From: Planctomycetota bacterium
GTDB lineage: Bacteria; Planctomycetota; GCA-002687715; DRQF01
NCBI GenBank assembly: GCA_011369445.1
Contig: DRQF01000120.1
Location: 847-64,846, forward strand
DNA length: 64,000 nt
Direction of reading: 5' to 3'
Below, in pieces: positions 37,493 to 46,807 of this stretch (its first letter is position 1; the number at the start of each line of letters is the position of its first letter). The translations under genes were made by a program, and so were the position numbers. The notes beneath the pieces were generated by a model, which was not told the origin of the DNA, searched no databases, and saw only the letters and a list, made by a program, of their open reading frames with translations.

Positions 37493-40144
37493 TCAGGATG
37501 CCGGGTGCAGCGACTTGATGGTTCGATCGACGATGTCCTCGACGTTTCTGGACAGCCCGGGACGCGCGCGGAGTTTCTCCAACCGGGCGGCGGCTTTCTC
37601 GCGAAGGTCATCCGGCGTCCTCGCCGCCGAAGAGAACGTCGCAGCCAGACGGGCGGCCAGTTGCGGATTCGTCTCGTCCAGCCGTTCGACCCATTCTCCG
37701 AGAAGCTCATACCCGGACCCGTCGGGGGCGTGGAAGTGGATCGGCGTCCGAGCAAATGCTCCGAGAAGCGCTCGAACCTTGTTCGGGTTCTTGACATCGA
37801 AGCACGGGTGGTTCGCCAACCTGCGCACGTCGGCGGCGCGCCCCGGCAACTCGCAGGAGGCCTGGATGGCAAACCACTTGTTCATCACCAAGGACTCGTG
37901 ACGCCACCGCTCCTCGAAGAGCGCCAGAGCCCGCGCCCGCTCCGGAACGTCGTATTGGGCGAGAACCCCCAGCGCCGCCATCTCGTCGGTCATGTTGGAT
38001 GCGGATTCGAGCTGCGAATAGGCGGCCCGCACACCCCACGCCTCGTCGGCTGCGGCGGCGAGGGCCAAAGCCGTGTTCTTCAGACGTCGCCGGGCGCGCG
38101 CCCGGGGTTCGATGGAAAACGCGTCGCGTCCCAATTCCTCGTAGAGGGACACCAGCCGATCGTGCAGATGCGCCCCCAAGGTGGCTCGCATGCGCCTGCG
38201 CGACGCGTGGACTTCCTTTACATAGTGTCGCGGCATCTGCTCCGCCACCCAGGTTTCTCCCGGAAGAATGAGCATCACCGCCTGGAGATCAGGGTCCTCA
38301 TCGAGTTCGAGAACGGGCCCCAGCGCTTCGGGCACCGGAGTGAAGTCGGGGCCCGCGGCCTTCCCGGCTCGTCGCGCCTCCACGTCCTCGATCATGAGTC
38401 GAAGAGCCAGCTCCTGCCCCGCGTCCCAGCGGTTGAAGCCGTCCGAGTCGTGAGCGACCCGAAACGCCAGATCCGATGTCGACGTCTCCATCTCGAGACG
38501 CACGGGCGCGGAGAACCCCCTCATGAGGGACGGAACGCTCCCCTGCGGGATACCCTCGAGAGTCCAGGAGGCCTTCTCGTCGTCCAGAATGAGGACACGA
38601 GTTCCCGGAGCCCGAGGCTCCTCCCCTTTCAGGGTCAAGGGTAGATCTTCGCCGTCCGGTCCGAGGAATCCGATGGCGAGAGGGATCTCGACCGGCCGTT
38701 TTTCCGGCTGTCCCGGCGTCGGGGCCGTGGACTGGCTCACATCGATGACCGCCACGTTCTCCCCGGCGTGGAGACGCACGCAGGCCCGAACTCTTGGCGT
38801 CCCCGCCTGCTCATACCAACGGAAGAACTCACCGAAGTCACGGCCCGAGGCGTCTTCGATCGCACGCACGAAGTCCTCGCAGGTGACCGCGCAACCATCA
38901 TGGCGCTCGAAGTAGAGGTCGGTCCCCTTGCGAAAGGTCTCGGGGCCCACGATGTTGCGGATCATGCGGATGATCTCCGCCCCTTTCTCGTAGACCGTCG
39001 ATGTGTAGAAGTTGTCGATGTCGCGGTAGGACGCAGGCCTGACCGGATGAGCCAAAGGCCCCGCGTCCTCCGAGAACTGGTGGCTGCGCAGGAACGAAAC
39101 CTGCTCGATCCGCTGGACCGAAGGCGAAGCCGTCGCCTCCATGAACGACTGCTCACGGAAAACCGTGAAGCCCTCCTTCAGACTCAGTTGGAACCAGTCC
39201 CTGAGGGTGACGCGATTACCGCTCCAGTTGTGGAAGTATTCGTGTCCGACGACCCGTTCGATGTTCTGATAGTCGAAGTCGGTGGCGACGCGGGGATCGG
39301 CGAAGATGAGAGCGGCGTTGAAGATGTTGAGCCCCTTGTTCTCCATCGCTCCGAAGTTGAAGTCATCGACGGCCACGATCATGAAGAGGTCGAGATCGTA
39401 CTCGCGACCGTAGGCTTCCTCGTCCCACCTCATGGCTCGCTGAAGCGACGCCATGGCATGCCCCAGCCTGTCCTCATGCCCCGGCGAGCAGTAGATGCGC
39501 AGCGTGACCTTGCGACCGCTGCAGGTGGTGAACTCGTCCTCGATAAACCCCAGATCTCCGGCGACGAGAGCGAAGAGGTAACAGGGTTTCGGATGGGGGT
39601 CCTCCCAGACGGCTTCATGGCGACCGCCTGTGAGTTCGCCGGTCCGAACCGGATTCCCGTTGGAGAGAAGAACGGGGAAACGGCTCCGATCCGCCTCGAT
39701 GCGCACCTTGAACCGGGTGAGGACATCCGGACGGTCGAGGAAGGGAGTGATCTTACGAAACCCCTCCGCCTCGCATTGGGTACAAAGAGTTCCGCCGCTC
39801 TCGTAGAGGCCCTCGAGGGTGAGATTCTCCGCTGGCCGAAATCGGGTTTCAGCCTTCAGGGTGAAGGAGCGGGGAGGAGACGTGATGAGCACCGCATCCT
39901 CTTCCGCCACGTATTCATTCTCGGTCAGAGCACGGCCGTCGATCCATAGGGATCGAAGAGTTCGAGGCGCCGCATCCAGGCGGAGCGCTCGAACCTCCTC
40001 GCCGACACGCTCGTACGGAACGCGACTTGTCACGATGACCTCGTCGCCACGAACGTCGAAGTCGAGCTCGACCGTCCCCACCTTCCATTCGGGAGGGGCA
40101 TAGTCCGCCAGACGAATCTCTAATCTTCGGTCGTCGTCACTCAC
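37493..40144 (-). CDS. pepN: Aminopeptidase N (M1)
   Basis: TQCEAEGFR, GAMENKGLN, HEYFHNW...LKEG, NFYT.TVYEKG, NPNKVRAL. True start ~40144 (GTG), not 40630. Confidence 0.96.
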   Translation of the reverse strand: MSDDDRRLEIRLADYAPPEWKVGTVELDFDVRGDEVIVTSRVPYERVGEEVRALRLDAAPRTLRSLWIDGRALTENEYVAEEDAVLITSPPRSFTLKAETRFRPAENLTLEGLYESGGTLCTQCEAEGFRKITPFLDRPDVLTRFKVRIEADRSRFPVLLSNGNPVRTGELTGGRHEAVWEDPHPKPCYLFALVAGDLGFIEDEFTTCSGRKVTLRIYCSPGHEDRLGHAMASLQRAMRWDEEAYGREYDLDLFMIVAVDDFNFGAMENKGLNIFNAALIFADPRVATDFDYQNIERVVGHEYFHNWSGNRVTLRDWFQLSLKEGFTVFREQSFMEATASPSVQRIEQVSFLRSHQFSEDAGPLAHPVRPASYRDIDNFYTSTVYEKGAEIIRMIRNIVGPETFRKGTDLYFERHDGCAVTCEDFVRAIEDASGRDFGEFFRWYEQAGTPRVRACVRLHAGENVAVIDVSQSTAPTPGQPEKRPVEIPLAIGFLGPDGEDLPLTLKGEEPRAPGTRVLILDDEKASWTLEGIPQGSVPSLMRGFSAPVRLEMETSTSDLAFRVAHDSDGFNRWDAGQELALRLMIEDVEARRAGKAAGPDFTPVPEALGPVLELDEDPDLQAVMLILPGETWVAEQMPRHYVKEVHASRRRMRATLGAHLHDRLVSLYEELGRDAFSIEPRARARRRLKNTALALAAAADEAWGVRAAYSQLESASNMTDEMAALGVLAQYDVPERARALALFEERWRHESLVMNKWFAIQASCELPGRAADVRRLANHPCFDVKNPNKVRALLGAFARTPIHFHAPDGSGYELLGEWVERLDETNPQLAARLAATFSSAARTPDDLREKAAARLEKLRARPGLSRNVEDIVDRTIKSLHPAS

Positions 40145-40158
40145 GGCTGCACTCTCGC

Positions 40159-41874
40159 TCAGAACGTCACCTGAGCCTGCATGTACAGCAAGACCGCGGG
40201 ATCGGAGCCTGCGAATTGATAGGTCGGCACAATGAAGAGTCCCGGCTGTCCAGGAACCGAAATCAAATCGGCGTCGAGGTTGTCGCTCGGGAAGAACACC
40301 GAGAGATTCGCGGTGAACAGAACATTCGCCGAATGCTGCCAGTTCGCGTACAGATCGACCTCGTAGCCGTAGTTGTGGCTGGTGTAGAAGTCGTACTCCT
40401 CGTTGTCGATGTACCCCCCGATGACGGTGGCGCCGAACTGAAGATCCGGCTCTGGCCAGAACGTCACGCCGAGCTTCCAAAGGACGGAGTTGGACAGCGG
40501 GAAGATGTCCATGTTGCCGAAGCGGGACGCCCACGTTCCGTGGGTTCCCACGAAGAGCGGACTGAACCCGACCTCGTTCGTCTCGCCTCCTTCGGTCCAA
40601 CGGAAGCCCGCATGAAGGGTGAATCGCCACTCACCGTCGAAGCGGTACGAGAAGAATCCCTCGCCCGCGAAAGCGGTGTAGTCCTCCTCCTGAAAGGCGA
40701 CCAGCGCGGGAGACAACCCTCCCACCGTGTTGACCCCGCGAATGTTCCGCCCTCCGGTGCCCGTCTGAACGGCCAACTCCACGGAGGCCCAGAAGCTTTC
40801 CGAACTCTCGTAGAATCCCTCGCGAAGAGCCTCGTCACCCGCCCAGAAACGCATACCGATGGTGTGGAATCGGCCGAAGATCAACTGGGACTGGGTGCGC
40901 TCGGAAAGGAAGTTCGTACCGAACGTCGCCGGCCCGAGAACACTGTCGTCGCGACTCTCGAAGAACACCCAATAGAGTTCGATCGTCACCGGGTCCAACG
41001 CCTCGAAGTTGAAGGTGTTGTACAAGCCGACCATCCACTCCTGATCCTTCGAAATCGTCGGTCCCAGTCCGTTGATGGTGGCCGCGAAGAAATCCCTGGG
41101 GTCCGCCTCGACGGCGTAGAAGAGCGAGGCTTGCCATTCCCCGAGGTCCGCGTCGAAACGGACGGAATCATGGGTCAGGCCGGCGAAGAAATCGTCGGAT
41201 CCAAGGAGGAATTGATTCCCATAGACGAGCTCTTGACGTCCGGCCCGCAGAAAGGTGTTCTCGCCGCCGTTGAAGAGGTCCGCCAGCTCGAGATAACCCT
41301 GATAGAGTTTCAAGTCGTCGAGCGGGTCCCGGATCTCCGAGCCGATCCGCGTGGACGTCTCGAGAACGCTGTTGTTGTTGAAACGGCCGACCGCCTGAAT
41401 CTCGAAGACGGTTCGGACGTTCTCCGTGAATCGAAAGTCCATGCCGAGGCGGAAACGGCCGTCCGCGTAGATCCCCTGATCGTCCAGTCCATCGTTCAAC
41501 GTGACGACGTTCTTCGAATAGAGCATGCGCGCCCGCGCCTCACCGTAGAACGTGAGGGTCTGCGCCACCTCGCCGAATGAGCCGACGCCCGTCCCGATGG
41601 GCAATTCCTCGTCCTGAAGAATGCTGTTGATGTGGGTCTCGAGACCTCGATCCGTTGTCGCCCCGCTCTCGATCTCTTCCAGGCGACCTTCCAACCTGGC
41701 GATCTGAGCTCGGTCCGCGGCGCGCTCTGCGCGCGTCTTCAGCAGCTCCGATTCCAAACGATCGATCTTGGCCTTCAGGTTCTCGTAGTTCTCCTGTCCG
41801 TACGCCCTCGGTCCGAGCAGCAACGTCGTGAGGAGGAGCACCCCCACTGCAAGACGACTTTGAGACATGAACAT
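40159..41874 (-). CDS. Outer-membrane beta-barrel, alginate-export-like family, with N-terminal coiled coil
   Basis: Signal peptide, coiled coil, GRQELVYGNQFLLG, GYEVDL, C-terminal YMQAQVTF beta-signal. Confidence 0.75.
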   Translation of the reverse strand: MFMSQSRLAVGVLLLTTLLLGPRAYGQENYENLKAKIDRLESELLKTRAERAADRAQIARLEGRLEEIESGATTDRGLETHINSILQDEELPIGTGVGSFGEVAQTLTFYGEARARMLYSKNVVTLNDGLDDQGIYADGRFRLGMDFRFTENVRTVFEIQAVGRFNNNSVLETSTRIGSEIRDPLDDLKLYQGYLELADLFNGGENTFLRAGRQELVYGNQFLLGSDDFFAGLTHDSVRFDADLGEWQASLFYAVEADPRDFFAATINGLGPTISKDQEWMVGLYNTFNFEALDPVTIELYWVFFESRDDSVLGPATFGTNFLSERTQSQLIFGRFHTIGMRFWAGDEALREGFYESSESFWASVELAVQTGTGGRNIRGVNTVGGLSPALVAFQEEDYTAFAGEGFFSYRFDGEWRFTLHAGFRWTEGGETNEVGFSPLFVGTHGTWASRFGNMDIFPLSNSVLWKLGVTFWPEPDLQFGATVIGGYIDNEEYDFYTSHNYGYEVDLYANWQHSANVLFTANLSVFFPSDNLDADLISVPGQPGLFIVPTYQFAGSDPAVLLYMQAQVTF

Positions 41875-42109
41875 CCCCTTTTTCTTTCAATCCCTGCGCG
41901 ATGGTTCTTCGGTCCTTCGCTGACGAGCATAAACCCATAGAAGACGCGATGGCAAGAGGTTACTCTCAGACTCACGACCTTTGGCGGATCATTTCCAAGC
42001 CAGCGGGTTGTCGAGAACACGCGCCAGGGGTCGCAAGGCGCCCTTGCCGCTGTATCCGGCCTCCAGGGACGGCGGCTGGGAGCCGATAGAAACCGAGGAG
42101 GCTGACCGG

Positions 42110-45100
42110 GTGGATCCAAACTTGGAGTCGGGTCAAATCGTCGGCGATCGCTACGTCGTCGGGAAAAGGCTCGAAAAATCTCGGAACGGGACGACCTATT
42201 CCGCGCGAGACCGCGTCCGGAAGGGGGAGAGGGTCCGTTTGCGAGTTTTCGTGGACGAGGACTCATCCGACCCTGCACAGTCGATCCGCCATGAGCAGGA
42301 ACTCGCACGCGCCGTGCCCCCTATCGCCGGGATCGTCGTCGCCCGTGAGGTCGGGGCCGATGGCACCCTGGTCTGGCGGGCCACGGAGTGGCGAGACGGC
42401 CACGACCTGAGAGTGCTTGCCGCCAAGGAAGGCGCCGTGCCCGTCGCCACGGCGGTCGACATCGGCCTCAAGCTCGCCCGCATCGTCGCCCAACTTCATC
42501 GCCTCGGCATCGCGCATTTGGGGCTCGACCTCCAGACCATCCATGTCGGGCAAGGCGGCGACGGGATCTGGATCGACGGCGAACGTTTCTGGCGAGCCCT
42601 CGACGGGAGTCAAGATTCGCCCTACCGGCGCGACACGAGCCGCGCTCCGGAATACGCGACGCCGGATTCGGTTCCGGATGCGCGCACCGACGTCTTCGAC
42701 ATGAGCTGCCTGCTCACGAGGCTCATCATGGGGATGACGGAGAACGTGGCGGATTCCGACCTGGAACGCTGCGATCCCGACGCCACCGTCCGATCCGAAC
42801 CCCTCCCCCACAGGCTCCTCCAACTCCTGGAGAGAAGCCGGAGCGCCGACCTCTCGCAGCGGCCCAAGGACGCCGACGCTTTCTTGGAGGAACTGAGCCT
42901 CATCCACGATGAATTCTCCATCGCTGCCACGCGGACGATCCAAGCCATTCGACTGGACGGCGGCGACGACAACGCGACCGTTCTCACCAGCGGCGTCACG
43001 AGGACATCAGGTCCTGGTTCCTCCGGGTCGACCGGCAGTCTCAGCCAATCCGACTTCGGGGGCGACCAGCCCTTCGAGATCGAATCCGTTCTCGGGCGAG
43101 GCGGGATGGGCGTCGTCTACCTGGCGCGCGACAAGAAGCTCGATCGCAAGGTAGCGATCAAGCTCCATGAGATCACCCAGATCGACGCGGAGAACGGCGA
43201 GGACTCCCTCGTGCGGGAAGCGCGCATGATGGCCCGCCTTCCCGTTCATCCCAACGTCGTGGCCGTGTTCGCCGCCGACGAACTCGTCGACGGACGCCTC
43301 TACGTCGTGATGGAGTACATTGAAGGGGGCTCTCTTCACGGCGAGCTCCGTCGCGACCCCAAGATGACTTTCGATCGATTCCAACGGATCGCCCGAGATA
43401 TCTGCGCGGGAGTCGCGCATGCCCATTCGCACGGATTGGTCCACAAGGACATCAAGCCCGCCAACGTGATGGTCGCCGCGGACGGGCGCCACAAAATCGC
43501 CGACTTCGGCATTGCTCATGCCCTCCAGAAGACGGGAATGATGGGCGACGGTGGCGGGACGGTCTCCGGGACGCCCGCCTACATGTCGCCGGAGCAATTC
43601 GAGAATCAGAAGCTCAAGCCGACTTCCGACGTCTACGCCATCGGGTGCCTCCTCTACGAGCTCGCCAGCGGAGCCCCGCCATTCACCGGTCGCGACGTGT
43701 GGCGACAGCATTTCTTCGACCAACCGCGCCCTTTGAGGTTCCGCTTCGAGAGCCCCGTGAACGACGAGATCGAGCGGATCATCATGAAGGCCCTCTCGAA
43801 GGACCCGAAAGAACGCTACGAGGATGCGGGGGCCCTCGGAGCCGCCCTTGCGAGAACATTCGCCAAGGCCTCCTCGGGGGAAACCGCTTCCGCGATCGCC
43901 CCGAAGGCAGGCCATACAACAGCAGAGATGGCGCCCCGTTCTCGGGGGCTCCGCGTCATCAACTACGGCATCATCGTCCTCGCCGTGGCACTGGCCGGAG
44001 TCCTCGTCTTCAAGTCCTTGAACGGGACTCCCGACGCCGTGGGCGGCACGATCCATGTCATGGTCGGCGACACCGAGCTCGCCGACCGTAGGGATGTTCA
44101 GCTGAACTCGCTCTCCGAGCTGCGGATTCGCCTCGAACCCGGAGAAATCCTCCATGAGGCCCTCTGGACAGCCGGTGCGACGACGCTCACCCTTGCCACG
44201 CGCACCGACCACGACGGAGTCATCACGCTCTGCGACCCTCTGGGTTCCTTCACCGAGGGGGTCGTTTCACTTCGATTCGGGGCCGACGGCGAGGCCGTGA
44301 AGGAAGATCGGCTGAAGGTCACGGCAAAACCCTGGACGCCTCCGGACTCGCTGGTCGAATCCGCGGAAGCTCTTCTCGCGGCAGACCTGTCGTCCAGCCC
44401 TCCGGCCGAACTCGAGACCCGCCAGCGGAAGCTGGAGACATTGAATGAGGAGGTCCAGACTCTTCTGGCCGCTCGCCTGCATAAGGAGCACCCCCTCGAG
44501 GATCGCTTGAAGTCGGCGTTGGAGACCACGCGCTCATTGCTCGCGGAACGTTCCACCTCCCCCGTCCTCCGCATCGATGGTCCAGGGTTCTCGGGCCAAC
44601 CCGAGGACGAATGGGGGCTGGTCACTTTGGACGACGTCACGATTCGCGTCGAAGCCCCCCGAGAGGGCCTGCAAGTCTCGGCCGAGCTGAACGACGAGCC
44701 CCTCTCGGTCAAAGCGTCGGGAGGCGCGTTTCGCATCTCCAAGCCCTCCAAGCCCGTCGACTCCGGAACTCTGGTCTTGACCGCCACGGATCGTTGGGGG
44801 AACCGAACACGCCTCGAACTGCACATTCGCGCCCTACCCTTCACGCCGCCGAAGACGCTCCTGCGAAGCCGCGATGCCATTTTCGACTGCTTACGACGAG
44901 GCGACCTGGAAGAGGCCGAGTCCGGGCTCCTCGCCTTGGAAGCCGCCTGGAAGAAAGCGACCGACGGCGTCCTCAACCCTTCGGCCATCGACACGACCCC
45001 CCTCGAAGAAGTGCGTCGCGCGGTCACCGCCGCCCGTGATCGGAAGGAGCGCATGAAGTTCCCGCCCCGGATCCAGGCCTCGGTGGCGGGACGGCCCGTG

Positions 45101-46708
45101 GCTCAGGACGAGCAGGTGGAGGTCGACTGCCTCGCCGACATTGCCCTTGCGATCGAGGCCCCCAACGACCTCGCTAGGTGGACGGCCACCTACGAGGGAG
45201 AAGTGGTTGGGGAAGGCGAGTCCCCGAACACGGTCAAGCTTCGGGAACCGGCCGCACCCGCCCGCGTCGGGGAACTCGTCGTCAAAGCGACGGACAAACT
45301 GGGGATCGAGACCGCTTTGCGTCTCACCGTGATCGGCCGCCCATTTCAGCTCCCCGAGGCGGCCGCGACCCGACTCGAAAAGATCCGTGGAGACATCGAA
45401 TCCGGAGATCTGGACGCCGCATCCGAAGCGCTGGAGGCGCTCGATCTCGAGCTTCACGTGGCTCTAAAAACCCGCCTGAATCGGGATTCCACGCCGTTGG
45501 CGGCCCTGAAATCGCTGCGGACGGAACTCGAAGCCAAGCGCCAAAGCTCCCGTCGGGTCCCACGGATCTTGTGCGCCGGTCCCCAGGGGCCTCTCGAAAA
45601 CGGAAGCGTCGTGACAGTGCGTGGTCTCGAGGATTTGGAAATCCGCCTGGACTGTCAGGGAAACCCCTTGGAGTTCCAAGTCACGTGGAATGGCGAACCC
45701 CTGGAGGCCCAACGGGACGGCGCCTGGCTGCGTCTGGGCAACCCGCCCCAGCCCGCCGCACGAGGGACTTTGACGGTCATGCTGAAGGACGCCCGCCATC
45801 GCTCCGTCAGCGCATCTTGGAGCGTCATCGGCAAGCCGTTCTCCCTTTCCACCCTCACCCGTCAAGAACTGAGCGCGGTCGTGCCCCTCCTCGCTCAACG
45901 CCGGGACCTCCGTCGCGTGGTCACCACCCTGGAGCGGCTCCAACGGACCGAAGGGGACCTCCGCGCGAAGTTCCTGAACCGTCAGCCCTCGGACCTCGCG
46001 GCGATCACGGACAGGCTGCGTGACGCACGCAAACTGCTGGCGGAAGCGAAGGCCACGCCAACGCCCCAACCGATTACCCCGCGGCCAGTCATCCCCAGGC
46101 CGCAGCTCAAGGGGCCCAGCGCCACCCACGCAGGGCTTCGATTCATTCGAGTCAACGTGTCCGGCCGACCGCTTTACGTCTGCGACCGGGAGCTTCCATG
46201 GGGCGCCTTCGCGTCCTGGTGGGCCGCGAACGGGAGTCGGTTCAACAGTCGAGGAGTGACGCCCAAGGCCGCCCGCATTCCCGTGACCGGAATCAAGGCC
46301 GAGGCCTTCCAGGCTTTCGCCCGCTCGATCGGCGCGCGCATTCCCACCCGGCGCGAATGGGAGACCTTCGCCGACGCGAAGAGTGGATCGAAGCGCTATC
46401 TGCAGGCCTACCCGGACGTGCGCTCCCCCAACTGCAACTCCCGCGTCTTCAATCCCCGGCGCCTCGGACGGGGGCGCAGGAAGAAACTCTCCCTGAAGCT
46501 CGCCGACGACCCGAAGTACGGCGGACATGGGCTCAATGGCTCCTTCTTCCATTTGGCCGGGAACGTGAGCGAGATTGTCAAAGGACCAGGCGGTCGATGG
46601 CAGCTCATGGGGTCCTCGTACAAATCGAAGACGACCCCACCCCTCGGCGCCCGTGTCTACGAGGGCCCGAAACCCGACGTGGGTGTCCGACTCGTCATCG
46701 ACGGATAG
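42110..46708 (+). CDS. Membrane Ser/Thr kinase: pseudokinase + kinase + TM + four ~168-aa repeats + FGE/SUMF1-like domain
   Basis: GAGGAGG RBS before GTG 42110. Active domain GRGGMGVVY/VAIK/HKDIKPAN/DFG/YMSPEQ; C-terminal RIPTRREWE, LAGNVSE, VGVRLV. Confidence 0.85.
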   Translation: MDPNLESGQIVGDRYVVGKRLEKSRNGTTYSARDRVRKGERVRLRVFVDEDSSDPAQSIRHEQELARAVPPIAGIVVAREVGADGTLVWRATEWRDGHDLRVLAAKEGAVPVATAVDIGLKLARIVAQLHRLGIAHLGLDLQTIHVGQGGDGIWIDGERFWRALDGSQDSPYRRDTSRAPEYATPDSVPDARTDVFDMSCLLTRLIMGMTENVADSDLERCDPDATVRSEPLPHRLLQLLERSRSADLSQRPKDADAFLEELSLIHDEFSIAATRTIQAIRLDGGDDNATVLTSGVTRTSGPGSSGSTGSLSQSDFGGDQPFEIESVLGRGGMGVVYLARDKKLDRKVAIKLHEITQIDAENGEDSLVREARMMARLPVHPNVVAVFAADELVDGRLYVVMEYIEGGSLHGELRRDPKMTFDRFQRIARDICAGVAHAHSHGLVHKDIKPANVMVAADGRHKIADFGIAHALQKTGMMGDGGGTVSGTPAYMSPEQFENQKLKPTSDVYAIGCLLYELASGAPPFTGRDVWRQHFFDQPRPLRFRFESPVNDEIERIIMKALSKDPKERYEDAGALGAALARTFAKASSGETASAIAPKAGHTTAEMAPRSRGLRVINYGIIVLAVALAGVLVFKSLNGTPDAVGGTIHVMVGDTELADRRDVQLNSLSELRIRLEPGEILHEALWTAGATTLTLATRTDHDGVITLCDPLGSFTEGVVSLRFGADGEAVKEDRLKVTAKPWTPPDSLVESAEALLAADLSSSPPAELETRQRKLETLNEEVQTLLAARLHKEHPLEDRLKSALETTRSLLAERSTSPVLRIDGPGFSGQPEDEWGLVTLDDVTIRVEAPREGLQVSAELNDEPLSVKASGGAFRISKPSKPVDSGTLVLTATDRWGNRTRLELHIRALPFTPPKTLLRSRDAIFDCLRRGDLEEAESGLLALEAAWKKATDGVLNPSAIDTTPLEEVRRAVTAARDRKERMKFPPRIQASVAGRPVAQDEQVEVDCLADIALAIEAPNDLARWTATYEGEVVGEGESPNTVKLREPAAPARVGELVVKATDKLGIETALRLTVIGRPFQLPEAAATRLEKIRGDIESGDLDAASEALEALDLELHVALKTRLNRDSTPLAALKSLRTELEAKRQSSRRVPRILCAGPQGPLENGSVVTVRGLEDLEIRLDCQGNPLEFQVTWNGEPLEAQRDGAWLRLGNPPQPAARGTLTVMLKDARHRSVSASWSVIGKPFSLSTLTRQELSAVVPLLAQRRDLRRVVTTLERLQRTEGDLRAKFLNRQPSDLAAITDRLRDARKLLAEAKATPTPQPITPRPVIPRPQLKGPSATHAGLRFIRVNVSGRPLYVCDRELPWGAFASWWAANGSRFNSRGVTPKAARIPVTGIKAEAFQAFARSIGARIPTRREWETFADAKSGSKRYLQAYPDVRSPNCNSRVFNPRRLGRGRRKKLSLKLADDPKYGGHGLNGSFFHLAGNVSEIVKGPGGRWQLMGSSYKSKTTPPLGARVYEGPKPDVGVRLVIDG

Positions 46709-46807
46709 CTCGCTCATTCGCCCCGCCTCACAAGGCCCACCGCGGCCCCCGCTCCAGGTGAAGGGAAACCCCATCTGGTGAGTATCACTCTCCAACGGAG
46801 ACTTCCG

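Noticed and set aside
40145-40630. N-terminal extension making PepN 1045 aa (apparent fusion)
   Set aside because: Out-of-frame overlap with the porin gene; PepN homology starts near 40144.
41875-42109. Long intergenic regions (also 8149-8297 and 56169-56368) as possible ncRNA or riboswitch
   Set aside because: No recognisable Rfam-like motif by eye; a covariance-model search would be needed.
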